This document shows, piece after piece, positions 39,066-48,636 of a stretch of 64,000 nucleotides of DNA (positions within the stretch are counted from its first letter, which is position 1; each line of letters opens with the position of its first letter). A model generated the notes under the pieces. The model was not told the origin of the DNA. It ran no database searches and saw only the letters and a list, made by a program, of their open reading frames with translations. The stretch lies in the NCBI GenBank assembly GCA_949287245.1, contig CASEFL010000001.1, positions 138,973-202,972 of the forward strand, in the 5' to 3' direction. The translations under genes and the position numbers were made by a program. The stretch is from an uncultured Bacillota bacterium. GTDB taxonomy: Bacteria > Bacillota_I > Bacilli_A > RFN20 > CAG-826.

Positions 39066-41137
39066 TTAGATAAATCCAAAATATGTAATCGTTCCTTCCT
39101 CATCTGTTCGTCGAATTTTAATATCAAGATCTTGCAATCGTTTAAGAACCTCGTTATCTGGATGACCATACGAATTTCCTTTTCCTACCGAAATTATTGC
39201 TTCATCAGGTTCAATTGCCTTCAAAAATTCTAAAGATGATGAAGTTATAGATCCGTGATGCCCAATTTTTAACACATCTGCTTTTAAACTTTCATTGTCA
39301 TCTAAAATTTTCTTTTCTATTTCGATAGGAGCATCCCCCATAAACAAGAAGTCACGATTAAGGAAATTTTCTAGATATAGGACTAATGATTTAGAATTTT
39401 CGTCCTCACCTCCATAAATATTTAAGTTATTAAAAGTTAAAGATCCTACTTTTAAAGGAAATTCCTCTTCCTCTCGAACAATATCTTTAATTAAAAAAGA
39501 ATCATACAAAGAAGGTAACGCTCCGTCATGATCAAAATCTCCATGGGTAATAATCACACAATCAAGTTTTTTTATACCACGAGTCTTAAAAAACGGAATT
39601 AAAGTTTCCTCCGCTAAATCAAAAGTTTTAGTTCCCCCTGTATCGATAAGTACAGTAGTTCTGCCCTCACGAATTAATATAGCGTCCCCTTGCCCGACAT
39701 TAAGAAAAGTAACTTCTTTCGTTAAAAAAGAAAAAGAAGGAAAAAGATTAAGAAAAAGAAGAGGCGTTACATATAAAAAGATGCTAATTTTTCCCCAAAA
39801 ATGGAACCCAAGGGAGACCATAAGAAGAAAAATGGCTAAGAAAAAGAAATGAAAGTAGAACGCCCCTTCCGGATATAAAAACGGAACACAAATATCTATT
39901 CTTTCCCATAATTTGGCCATATTCATGAGAAAGGAAGCATAGACATTTAATGCCCCAGGTAACGGCAGGAATAGTCCTAACACACCAAGTAAACAGAAAG
40001 GGGCAACAAAAGGGAAAAAGAGCATAGTTCGCAAAGGAGAGAAAAGCGATAATTCGTTTTTACTAGGAAAAGAAGGAAAAAGAAGAAGAATTAGAAATAC
40101 AAATGAAATCATTTTTCTTTTCCCAGGCGAAAAACGAAGGAAAAGGCCTGAGGATAAAGAAAAGAAAATAGAAAGAAGAAAACTATAAAGAAACCCTTTA
40201 TCCATACACAAAGTGGAATCAATAAGGAGAAAAAGAATTCCTATACAACTAGTAAGGATAAGAGATGGAACGCGCTTTTGATTTTTTAATTCGGCATAAG
40301 AATGCACGCTTTTTGTAAGAAAAATTCTCCAAATTCCCACTTTATGTACTAGAAAAGGAAGAGGCAAAAATGCAAGAACCCAAGTAAGAATTAACGTTGT
40401 TTTGCTCGTTAGAAATCTTCCAAAAACCATGAATTAAACCGATTATATGCCTGATAAATGAAACCACTTGCACTTAAACAATAAATCAATCCGGCCTCTT
40501 GAAATACATCTAGGGCAATAGCTTCATAATCTTTCCGATCAAAAAGTAGGGAATCTAACAGTATCGAGGCTTCTCCTCCTACCCCTTTTAACGCATTTAG
40601 CGACCATTTTCGAAAGCGAAGAGGAAGAGAAAATATGTTGATGATATCTCCTTGGAATGAGGAAGTTACTCCTTTATCTACTAAGTAAGTCGTGAAAGAA
40701 AAGCGACCTTCGTATTCCGTAAAGGATAATGGCGAGAAATTTCCATTTAAAGATAAAATATCCCCAACCTCGCGAAGGCAGTCTTTTTCATATACGTACA
40801 CTCGCGAAAAACCACTTTATAAAAGAAAGTAATTATCTTTTGCACGAACCACAATTCCTGTTATTTCCAACTTTCCCAAAAAATCTTCTTTTGGTAGAAA
40901 GAAAACAATTAATCCGATTAAAGCGCCTAAAAGGTAAACTATATAGCGTTTTTCTTTGCGAAAGAAAAACAAACATAAAAGAAGGGAAAGAAAAACTGGT
41001 AAAGCAGAAAATCTTGGCAATAGTCGCAGAAACAATCCACTAAGGAAAAGGCCGAAAAAAGCGGGAGGGGCAAAAGGGAGAAGAAACTTTGCCCGCTCCT
41101 TAAAACGAGTTAGCGGAGAGTCACAAGATCTTTGCAC
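39066..41137 (-). pseudogene. comEC: comEC/rec2 DNA-uptake channel gene, apparently disrupted (in-frame TAA plus a frameshift)
   Basis: Three consecutive ORFs cover one ComEC-length locus of about 690 aa. ORF 40817-41137 is the N-terminal TM part, ORF 40409-40801 the DUF4131-like OB region, and ORF 39066-40430 the competence TM domain plus an MBL domain ('LNVGQGDA', 'ITHGDFDHDG'). The first two share a frame and are separated only by TAA at 40817-40819. The second and third differ by one nucleotide in the A5/T5 run 40422-40426; a sixth T would restore the frame. Confidence 0.6.
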
Positions 41138-41658
41138 TTTTCAAATGTTGCTGGTCCAATACCCTTAACATCATCAAGCTGTTCAATACATTCAAAAGCA
41201 CCCTTTTCGAGCCGATAATCCACAATGGCTTGGGCAACGGTTTCACTAAAAGCGCTAACCACTTCCCGCAAACGATCTTTGCTATCGGTGTTAATACATG
41301 CTTTTTCAATTGGTTCAGTCGCACAAACGTCACTGTTGTCGTATAAAGGCGCAATATAGAAGCTTGTTCTTGTACCAATTTCTAAATTAGCATCGTAAGC
41401 ACTTGGATCAGCGTTTCCTGTTGCAGACCCGGCAGCCAAAATTAAATCACCTAAAGTAGAATTTGACTCAATAAGATAAGTTCCTTCGCGATTTACTTCA
41501 CCAGTAATCGATACTTGGATTGTTTCTCCATCATTAACAACAATACCATTGCTTACTAAATCGCCATCACTCATCCCGTTATCGACCGCACCTAAAACAA
41601 CTAATCCGATGATGGTCGCGATTACAACACCAATGATGACTTTAATCATTTTTATCAC
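41110..41658 (-). CDS. comEA: ComEA DNA receptor (helix-hairpin-helix competence protein)
   Basis: 182-aa ORF with an N-terminal TM anchor, a SLBB-like domain and a C-terminal tandem HhH ('IEQLDDVKGIGPATFEKCKD'). Confidence 0.85.
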   Translation of the reverse strand: MIKMIKVIIGVVIATIIGLVVLGAVDNGMSDGDLVSNGIVVNDGETIQVSITGEVNREGTYLIESNSTLGDLILAAGSATGNADPSAYDANLEIGTRTSFYIAPLYDNSDVCATEPIEKACINTDSKDRLREVVSAFSETVAQAIVDYRLEKGAFECIEQLDDVKGIGPATFEKCKDLVTLR

Positions 41659-41700
41659 CTCCTACCCTTTTTATAGGGTAGTTTTCTTCCTTTCTGCCCT

Positions 41701-41732
41701 AAAAAGAAAAAACATGCAGAATTTTCTGCATG
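41701..41732 (-). terminator. Rho-independent terminator downstream of greA
   Basis: 8-9 bp hairpin CATGCAGAA/TTCTGCATG (41713-41732) followed on the minus-sense RNA by a U-run (plus-strand A-run 41701-41712). Confidence 0.65.
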
Positions 41733-41751
41733 CCTTTCTTATCCTTTTGAA

Positions 41752-42228
41752 TTAACGTTGCACCAAAGCAGAAGTAATGGTAATCCAGTAAGGTTCATCA
41801 CTTTCCACCAATACTCGGTCGCCTTGAGAGTGTCCGTTTAAAGCTGCTCCTAAAGGACATTCGTTAGAAATTTCAGGATAAGGTTCCGCTAAGGGATCTG
41901 CTTCCACGCTACCAACGATACTAACCGTTGTTTCTTCTCCTGTCGCCTCTTCAACATAGGTTACAGTATAACCAATAGAGATTTTCGAACCAATTTCTGC
42001 AACTCTTGCATGATCAAGAGTTTGTTGAATTTCTTGAATACGAGCTTCAATTTCTGCTTGGCGTTGTCTTGCGGCATCATAGTCAGCATTTTCACTTAAG
42101 TCACCTTGTGCACGGGCCGCTGCTAAGGCCTCTTTATTTTTAGGCGATTCAACATCGAGTAAATGACGAAATTCTTCTTTTAATTCTTCAATTCCTTTTT
42201 CGGTTAATAAGATTTGTTTTTGAGCCAT
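41752..42228 (-). CDS. greA: Transcription elongation factor GreA
   Basis: 158-aa ORF with 'LTEKGIEELKEE' and 'GDLSENADYDAAR' coiled-coil tip motifs, plus the FKBP-like C-domain. Confidence 0.95.
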   Translation of the reverse strand: MAQKQILLTEKGIEELKEEFRHLLDVESPKNKEALAAARAQGDLSENADYDAARQRQAEIEARIQEIQQTLDHARVAEIGSKISIGYTVTYVEEATGEETTVSIVGSVEADPLAEPYPEISNECPLGAALNGHSQGDRVLVESDEPYWITITSALVQR

Positions 42229-42286
42229 TTTCTTTTCTCCTCAATTTCTCCTACGCGATTATATCGATTTTTTAATCAAAGAGCGA

Positions 42287-42571
42287 TTACTTCGCCTCTT
42301 GAATTGTAGGATCTTCTTCATAAGCGGCCAAAACTTCTTCAGCACGCTCCATTTCCTCTTCCTCGATGGGAGCAAGACTTTTCCCATCAAGAGAACCCAT
42401 AACAATTAAAGAATCGGGGTCTTCTTCCTTATAAAGGAAATAGAAAGTTTTTTTCGATTCTTCTTCAACATAATAAAAGTAAATTTTCCAAACTTCTTCT
42501 GTACCATCTTCTTTGGTAATAATCATGTCGTTTCCTTTTGCCTCAATCATGGTTTTTCTCCTTCCGTTCAT
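42287..42571 (-). CDS. DUF1292 (YrzB-like) small acidic protein
   Basis: 94-aa acidic protein that lies between ruvX and greA, as yrzB does after yrrK in B. subtilis. Confidence 0.6.
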   Translation of the reverse strand: MNGRRKTMIEAKGNDMIITKEDGTEEVWKIYFYYVEEESKKTFYFLYKEEDPDSLIVMGSLDGKSLAPIEEEEMERAEEVLAAYEEDPTIQEAK

Positions 42572-42983
42572 ATTCTCTTATAAAATCTTCCAAAATAAGA
42601 CAGGCCGCCGAACAATCAATTCTTTCTTTCCGTTTCTTTCGTGAGTAGCCAAAATAAATCATTTCTTCTTCCGCATTTACAGTAGTTAATCGTTCATCTT
42701 GTAAATAAATATGTAAAGAAGGATTTTCTTTTAATAAAGCGTCACGGAAACGTTCACTTCGTAATGTTCCAGGACTAATACTTCCATCCATATTGAGTGG
42801 ATATCCTAAGACTACATCGCTAATTTCTTCTTTTTTAAGAATTTCTAAAGTATGTGCGACCGCCACGCGATATAAATTTTTTTCAAATCGAAATTCTTCT
42901 CGTGGATGAACAATTCCTAAAATGTCGCTTATGGCAATTCCTAAAGTCCTTGTGCCTAAATCAAGCCCACAAAAACGTTTCAT
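42543..42983 (-). CDS. ruvX: Holliday-junction resolvase-like / pre-16S rRNA nuclease RuvX (YqgF)
   Basis: The start is set at MKRFCGLDLGTRTLGIAISD, the YqgF signature. It overlaps the alaS stop by 4 nt. Confidence 0.85.
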   Translation of the reverse strand: MKRFCGLDLGTRTLGIAISDILGIVHPREEFRFEKNLYRVAVAHTLEILKKEEISDVVLGYPLNMDGSISPGTLRSERFRDALLKENPSLHIYLQDERLTTVNAEEEMIYFGYSRKKRKERIDCSAACLILEDFIREYERKEKNHD

Positions 42984-45598
42984 TCTGGAAGAGAATCCTC
43001 CATATTTTTCTTCCATTCAGCAAATCCTTTAAGCGAATGTAAGACACCCATTGCGGATTCTTCTTTTCCGCCTCCTTTTCCTCCACAAAGCGTAAGAAGA
43101 TTTTTCAGCATATCTCCCGCTTTCATAACGCTTACGCCTTTCCCTTTTGCTAAGCAAAGAACCGGGTATTTCTCTTCGTCTCCACCAATTAAAACGTAAA
43201 GATAATCATGATATTTACTCTTTAATTGATCACCGAAAGCAAAGATGGCCTCTCTTGTCGCACCCTTTTGGTAAAGGAAAAGATAAGAAATTCCTCCTTT
43301 TTCTTTCACTTCTTTTTCAAAGGAAGAGGCTTCTTTTAAAAGAGCGGCTTCTTGCAAAGCTTTAATCTCTTTTTGTTGATTGCGAATCGTTTCTAAAAGA
43401 GCATCAAAACGGGCAGCAAAGGCTTCTTCTTGAACGCCAACTTTGCGCTCCGCTTGAAGTAAAATTCTTCTTGTAGAAGATAAGGCAAGATACGCATTAA
43501 AACCGCAAATCGCGGTAATTCTCCGAACTCCTGAAGCAATTGCTTCTTCGCTAACAATTTCGAAAGGCAAAATATTTCTTGTAGATGAAGTATGTGTTCC
43601 TCCACAAAGCTCTTTACTATAATCTCCAAAAGAAACAACACGGACTTCTTCGCCATATTTTCCTTCAAACTCCATTTCTGCGCCTGACTTTCTTGCTTCT
43701 TCAATCGACATAATCTCCGTTTTTCTTAATAAAGACATGTTCGCAATCTGATTTACACGCGCTTCAACTTCCATTAATTGTTCATTACTTAATGCTTTTG
43801 GATAAGAAAAATCAAAACGCAAATAATCCGGACCAACATAACTTCCTTTTTGGTTAATATGCATTCCTAAAATTTCACATAACGCCTGATGAAGAATGTG
43901 CGTAGCAGAATGGTTTTCCTCGATTTTATTTCGTCTAATTTTGTCAACTTCTAAAGTGAAAGTATCTCCTTCACGAACGGTTCCTTTTTCCACTTTTACA
44001 TGATGGAGAGCTTGTCCATGCGGGGCTGAAGCCATCGCTAAAACAGTAAGGGAACAATTAGAATGATAAATGCTCCCTAAATCCGATACTTGTCCACCCA
44101 TTTCCACGTAAAATGGAGTATCGATAAAAGTAATTTCCCCTTCTTCCCCTTCTTTTAATTCGTCTTGACGGACACCATCTTTAAAAATTCCTGTAACTTT
44201 AGAATCAAGAGTTGTTGTTTCATAATGGAAAGAGGAAGGGGTATTAAAGGCTAATAAATCCGCACTTTGCTTGTGGAAACTTTCTACGTCGCTTCGTGCA
44301 TTTCTTGCCATTTCTTTTTGCTTTTCCATTAACGATAAAAAGCCATCCATATCGACAGCAATCCCCTTCTCTTCCGCAATTTCCTTTGTTAAAGAGGCGG
44401 GAAAACCATAGGTATCATATAGTTTAAAAACAACATCCCCGGTTAGTTTCTTATGATTCATTAAGTAACGGGCGAGATTTTCTTCTCCTGCTTCTAAAGT
44501 CTTTAAAAACCGTTCTTCTTCTAGTCGAGTTTCTTCTTTCACGCGGCCTAGTTCCGTTTTTAAATTCGGATAAAAATCGCCATATTCTTCCGCGATAACA
44601 TCAAGCAAACGATAAACAAAAGGCTCATGAAGACCGAGTTTTCTACCATAACGCATCGCGCGACGGATGAGTCTTCTTAAAACATATCCTCTTCCTTCAT
44701 TAGAAAAAGAAGCCCCATCGGATAAAGCGAAAGCCAAACAACGAGAATGATCAGCAATTACACGGAAAGGCAAGGCGAAGGAGGGTGAATATTTTTTCAT
44801 CGAAACCTTTTCCGTTTCCTTAATGATTGGCATGAAAAGATCAGTTTCAAAATTCGTTTCGCATTCTTGTAAAATGCAGGCAATTCTTTCTAACCCTGCA
44901 CCGGTATCAATATTTTTACTAGGAAGTTCTTTATAATCTTTCCGGTCAACCCCATTCACCGCATTAAACTGTGAGAAAACAATTCCCCAAATTTCAATAT
45001 AACGATCATTTTCAATTTCATCTTGAAGCATTTTTACCCCAAGATGCTCAGGATCATATTTCTCTCCCCTATCATAAAAAACTTCTGTATTTGGACCACA
45101 AGGGCCTTCCCCGATTTGCCAATAATTGCTTTCTAAGGCAATTAAATGATCTTTTGAGATACCTTGTTTTTGCCAAGTCTCATAAGCTTCAAGATCGCTA
45201 GGATTATAAGTAACATAAAGACGCTTTGGGTCCATACCAAAGCCTTCAACGGGATTAGTTAAAATCTCATAGGCCCACTGAATCACCTCTTTACGGAAAT
45301 AATCACCAATCGAAAAATTACCTAACATCTCAAAGAAGGTATGATGACGAGCAGTATGACCAACATTTTCAATATCGTTTGTCCGAATGGATTTTTGAAC
45401 ATTTACAATCCTTCGACAAGGAGGAACTTCACTTCCATCGAAATATTTCTTTAATCCCGTAACTCCAGCATTCACCCATAAAAGACTTTTGTCTCCATGA
45501 GGAATTAAATTAACTCCAGGAATATATTGGTGGCCGCGGCTTTCAAAAAATGCTATCCAACGCCGACGAATTTCTTTTCCGCTTAATTTTTCCATGCC
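42980..45598 (-). CDS. alaS: Alanyl-tRNA synthetase
   Basis: The start is set at ATG 45596-45598 (MEKLSGKEIRRRW), which has an AAAAGGAGTG ribosome-binding site. Class II motifs are present, along with the editing domain, its HxxxH...CGGTH zinc site, and a C-terminal DHHA1 domain. Confidence 0.95.
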   Translation of the reverse strand, partial: GMEKLSGKEIRRRWIAFFESRGHQYIPGVNLIPHGDKSLLWVNAGVTGLKKYFDGSEVPPCRRIVNVQKSIRTNDIENVGHTARHHTFFEMLGNFSIGDYFRKEVIQWAYEILTNPVEGFGMDPKRLYVTYNPSDLEAYETWQKQGISKDHLIALESNYWQIGEGPCGPNTEVFYDRGEKYDPEHLGVKMLQDEIENDRYIEIWGIVFSQFNAVNGVDRKDYKELPSKNIDTGAGLERIACILQECETNFETDLFMPIIKETEKVSMKKYSPSFALPFRVIADHSRCLAFALSDGASFSNEGRGYVLRRLIRRAMRYGRKLGLHEPFVYRLLDVIAEEYGDFYPNLKTELGRVKEETRLEEERFLKTLEAGEENLARYLMNHKKLTGDVVFKLYDTYGFPASLTKEIAEEKGIAVDMDGFLSLMEKQKEMARNARSDVESFHKQSADLLAFNTPSSFHYETTTLDSKVTGIFKDGVRQDELKEGEEGEITFIDTPFYVEMGGQVSDLGSIYHSNCSLTVLAMASAPHGQALHHVKVEKGTVREGDTFTLEVDKIRRNKIEENHSATHILHQALCEILGMHINQKGSYVGPDYLRFDFSYPKALSNEQLMEVEARVNQIANMSLLRKTEIMSIEEARKSGAEMEFEGKYGEEVRVVSFGDYSKELCGGTHTSSTRNILPFEIVSEEAIASGVRRITAICGFNAYLALSSTRRILLQAERKVGVQEEAFAARFDALLETIRNQQKEIKALQEAALLKEASSFEKEVKEKGGISYLFLYQKGATREAIFAFGDQLKSKYHDYLYVLIGGDEEKYPVLCLAKGKGVSVMKAGDMLKNLLTLCGGKGGGKEESAMGVLHSLKGFAEWKKNMEDSLPE

Positions 45599-45669
45599 CA
45601 CTCCTTTTGCCTTAATCGCGGCAAAGTATAGCGCGCGTCGCGCGTGCAAGAAAGAGAAAAGCACTTTTC

Positions 45670-47025
45670 TTATTTTTTTATGGAAAAATAAGAGAATTTA
45701 AGAGACGAACCTTTCACTTGATGGATATAACATTCATTTTTGGGATAAAAAAGAGAAGTCATCCATACTCGTCCTTTGCCCAAAACAACCTCAATCACAC
45801 TATGATCGACAATAATTTCAATTTCTTCTTGTGGGAGAACTTTCACGCATCGCTCCCCGGGATAAGTTAGATTTATACCTTCTTTTTCGTAAAGACTTCC
45901 ATGGGCATCCATGGTCAAAACCATGCTTCTTTCATCATAAGAAAGAAGAAATTCTTCCTTTTGATTTTTAAAAAAGGAACAAGTGAAATCTTTATACGAA
46001 GAAAAATGAAGATATAAAAATTGATGATCATCAATTTCAAAGAAATCCCCATCAAAATCCCCTTCTTTTTTTAGATTTTCATAAAAAGAGGGCATAATCT
46101 CTTGGCAAAAATCTCCATTTTTTAAAGTAAGTTTACGGGGTAAACCCATCGTACCAATATAGCCTTCCTCTTTACTAGGAATGCTTCCTAAATCTTTATC
46201 CCAAAGACAATTCCAGCCGATCATAGCCGCACACTTTTCATCGATTTGACAAGGCAGTGCAGCGTAAAAGTCATAACCATAATCTAATGAAGTTAATGAA
46301 GAAGTGGAGACAAATTTTAAATGTTCGTCAATTTTGCCTTTTCGCATTAAATTTGGATGTAAGCCCCACTTTTCCTTATTTAAACCCATGGGAGAGAAAA
46401 ACAAGAAGCATTCCCCTTCAAGAAAAATAAGCGAAGGACATTCCAACATATAGGTTCCTTCTTCTTGATAAAAAATTCCCATGTAAGATAAAGAAGTCCC
46501 ATTTCTTTCATATAAGAGAATAGAACCTACCTTACCCACTTGTGCCCCTACAAGAACATAGTTTTTTTCTTCGTAAGAAAAAGCAAAAGGGTCGCGAAAA
46601 TATTCTTTCGGAACAAAAGGAGGAGGAGAGATAAGGTTAATTGCAGAATCAAGAAAATAATACGAGTGATAAGGCCGTGCGAATGCTAAATATTCACCAT
46701 TTATCGAACATGCGGTATATAGCAAATATTCATCCTCGTTTTCTTTGATATAAGTTCCGCTCCAGCAACCGCCCCACAAAGGTTTAATCCCTACGCCTTC
46801 AAAAGAAGAAGAAGGAATTAAAGAAGCACCAAAATCATGAAAATTTATTAGGTCTTTGCTTGTTGCCTTTCCCCAATCAATGAGAACATCGCCACTAAGA
46901 GCGTTATGGTGTTGATAAAAAAGAGTGTAAACACCATTTTTTGAATCAAAAGAAAAGCCATTTGGATCGTTCATCCATCCAATTTTGGGAGAAAAATGAA
47001 GTTCAGGCCGAAAAGTTTTTTTCAT
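45670..47025 (-). CDS. Glycoside hydrolase family 32 (sucrose-6-phosphate hydrolase/invertase-like)
   Basis: The 'WMNDPNG' catalytic nucleophile motif sits near the N-terminus, and an 'EC' motif ('YMLECPSL') is present. No signal peptide. Confidence 0.85.
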   Translation of the reverse strand: MKKTFRPELHFSPKIGWMNDPNGFSFDSKNGVYTLFYQHHNALSGDVLIDWGKATSKDLINFHDFGASLIPSSSFEGVGIKPLWGGCWSGTYIKENEDEYLLYTACSINGEYLAFARPYHSYYFLDSAINLISPPPFVPKEYFRDPFAFSYEEKNYVLVGAQVGKVGSILLYERNGTSLSYMGIFYQEEGTYMLECPSLIFLEGECFLFFSPMGLNKEKWGLHPNLMRKGKIDEHLKFVSTSSLTSLDYGYDFYAALPCQIDEKCAAMIGWNCLWDKDLGSIPSKEEGYIGTMGLPRKLTLKNGDFCQEIMPSFYENLKKEGDFDGDFFEIDDHQFLYLHFSSYKDFTCSFFKNQKEEFLLSYDERSMVLTMDAHGSLYEKEGINLTYPGERCVKVLPQEEIEIIVDHSVIEVVLGKGRVWMTSLFYPKNECYIHQVKGSSLKFSYFSIKK

Positions 47026-47714
47026 ATCTTAATTGTTTCTGCGCTTTCTCTAGTTCCAAAAATTTGGGCCATCGTTTTTGTTCCCCCAAAGGGAGTGCCC
47101 CAACCACCTGGATAATTATAAAATTCTGAAAAACGATCATAATGGTCTTCTGTGTAATAAATCACAGGAATTCCTTCCCCGTAATCCGTAATTCCCTCAA
47201 CAACAATAACAAGACGTCCAGCCCCGCGAGAAGTAGGACTATAAACACCATCAATATCGATATCAAGCTCTAAATATTCTCCTCGATATTCACAAAATGT
47301 TCCTAAAGATTCTGTATAAGAATTGGAACCTTGATAATCCCCTTGATGATAAGACTTCCATAACCGTCCTTCTCTTCCATACGCTTGCGCTAACTCTTTC
47401 CCGTTCCCTTCATTTTCAAAATAGTTCATGGGTGTGGTATGAAAAGCAAGATAAAAAAGCGCAACTTCTTCAAAATCAGTATAAGGCTCATAAAGATTTA
47501 AGGTGTATTGATATTCTTTCTTAAAACTCTCACCATCATTAGAAATAGAGTAAATATCTGCATTTTCTCCATCTAAAGAAATTTGAGGATTAATTCGATA
47601 AAAGGTATTTTCGTGAATAGAAGAAGAGGAAGAGGATGGGGACGCTTTATATTCACAAGAAGCAAATACAAGAGAGAATAAAGTGAGAATACAAAGAAGA
47701 AAATTTCTTTTCAT
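47022..47714 (-). CDS. Secreted lipoprotein ribonuclease, barnase/RNase Sa/T1 (N1/T1) family
   Basis: The start is set at MKRNFLLCILTLFSLVFASC, which gives a lipobox. A Ser-rich linker follows. The catalytic region 'FENEGNGKE...RGAGRLVIVVEG...YYTEDHYDRF' aligns with RNase Sa 'FQNRESVLP...RGTRRIICGE...YYTGDHYATF'. Confidence 0.75.
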   Translation of the reverse strand: MKRNFLLCILTLFSLVFASCEYKASPSSSSSSIHENTFYRINPQISLDGENADIYSISNDGESFKKEYQYTLNLYEPYTDFEEVALFYLAFHTTPMNYFENEGNGKELAQAYGREGRLWKSYHQGDYQGSNSYTESLGTFCEYRGEYLELDIDIDGVYSPTSRGAGRLVIVVEGITDYGEGIPVIYYTEDHYDRFSEFYNYPGGWGTPFGGTKTMAQIFGTRESAETIKI

Positions 47715-47715
47715 A

Positions 47716-48633
47716 TTATTCACCAAAAACCCAGTCGATCGCGGAAGGATTATCCACATATGGATTGCGGTTTCCTTGAATTTCATAAACTGCTTCGTTT
47801 CGATCAATTTCTTTTTGAGAAACAGGGTCTTCCTTTGCCCATTTAACAAACATTGTTTGACTCCAAGTAGTTAAACCTAAAGAACGTGTTGGGGTAATAT
47901 TTTGCCTTTGGTTATTCACCCAAGAATTGTGCGAGGAATAACAAGTAACAAAATAAAAGTAAATTCTTGCAAAATCCCCTTTATACTCATCAATGGGTTC
48001 AAAAACTGTTCCCGTATAAGCAGGATCAGAAGACTTCCCTAGTTTTGAACCATTTTTAGAGGTATAGGTGGCACTTCCTACTTCACCAAGAGGGAAATTA
48101 CTACGTTTCCCGTTCACATATCCGTCTGTAGGAATAATATGATGCAAATCGGTATACATGGGGTTTGCATCATCAAACCAACTTTTTGGCACACTATGTT
48201 CGCGGTTATAGCAATCCCCCTCGTTTTTGTAATTTCCACATTGTTGGCCTGTTTTGGTCCATTTTTCATCACTATACATGTCCCAAAGGCTTCCATCTTC
48301 GCGAACATCGGTTTCCCAAAAAGCGCTCCATAATTCTTTATAAGAAAGCTGCGTATGGGGACGAATCGTTGAGGTTAAAGACTTCATTAAAGATACGCCG
48401 CGTAACGACCAATCAACATCTTCATAATACCTTTCAACTTCTATGGGAAAATCAGGCAATGAAAAAGAAAAAGAGGTGTTAGAAGAAGAATTTTCAGTAA
48501 AAGAGCTACTTTCTTTAGAAGAAGGATCAAAAGAAGAGAAAGAAGAACTCTCTCCCCAAACACAGCCGCTTAAACTAAAGATTCCCATTAAACTTAGAAG
48601 GATAATCTTTTTTGATACTTTCATAGTCTTCAT
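47716..48633 (-). CDS. Extracellular endonuclease I family DNase (EndA/Vvn-like), lipoprotein
   Basis: Signal peptide plus lipobox (LSGC) and a Ser-rich linker, with the endonuclease I motifs 'NREHSVPKSW' and 'QGNRNPYVDNP'. Confidence 0.8.
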   Translation of the reverse strand: MKTMKVSKKIILLSLMGIFSLSGCVWGESSSFSSFDPSSKESSSFTENSSSNTSFSFSLPDFPIEVERYYEDVDWSLRGVSLMKSLTSTIRPHTQLSYKELWSAFWETDVREDGSLWDMYSDEKWTKTGQQCGNYKNEGDCYNREHSVPKSWFDDANPMYTDLHHIIPTDGYVNGKRSNFPLGEVGSATYTSKNGSKLGKSSDPAYTGTVFEPIDEYKGDFARIYFYFVTCYSSHNSWVNNQRQNITPTRSLGLTTWSQTMFVKWAKEDPVSQKEIDRNEAVYEIQGNRNPYVDNPSAIDWVFGE

Positions 48634-48636
48634 CCA

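Noticed and set aside
40817-41137. Treating the three comEC-region ORFs as separate genuine genes, or as programmed readthrough or frameshifting
   Set aside because: Their combined length and domain order reproduce a single ComEC protein. There is no recoding signal such as a slippery heptamer with a downstream structure. A disrupted gene, or sequencing error, is the simpler explanation.
47022-47849. Barstar-like immunity gene next to the barnase-family RNase
   Set aside because: No small acidic ORF with barstar-like features exists on either strand nearby. The RNase has a Sec/lipoprotein signal, so an immunity partner is not strictly required.
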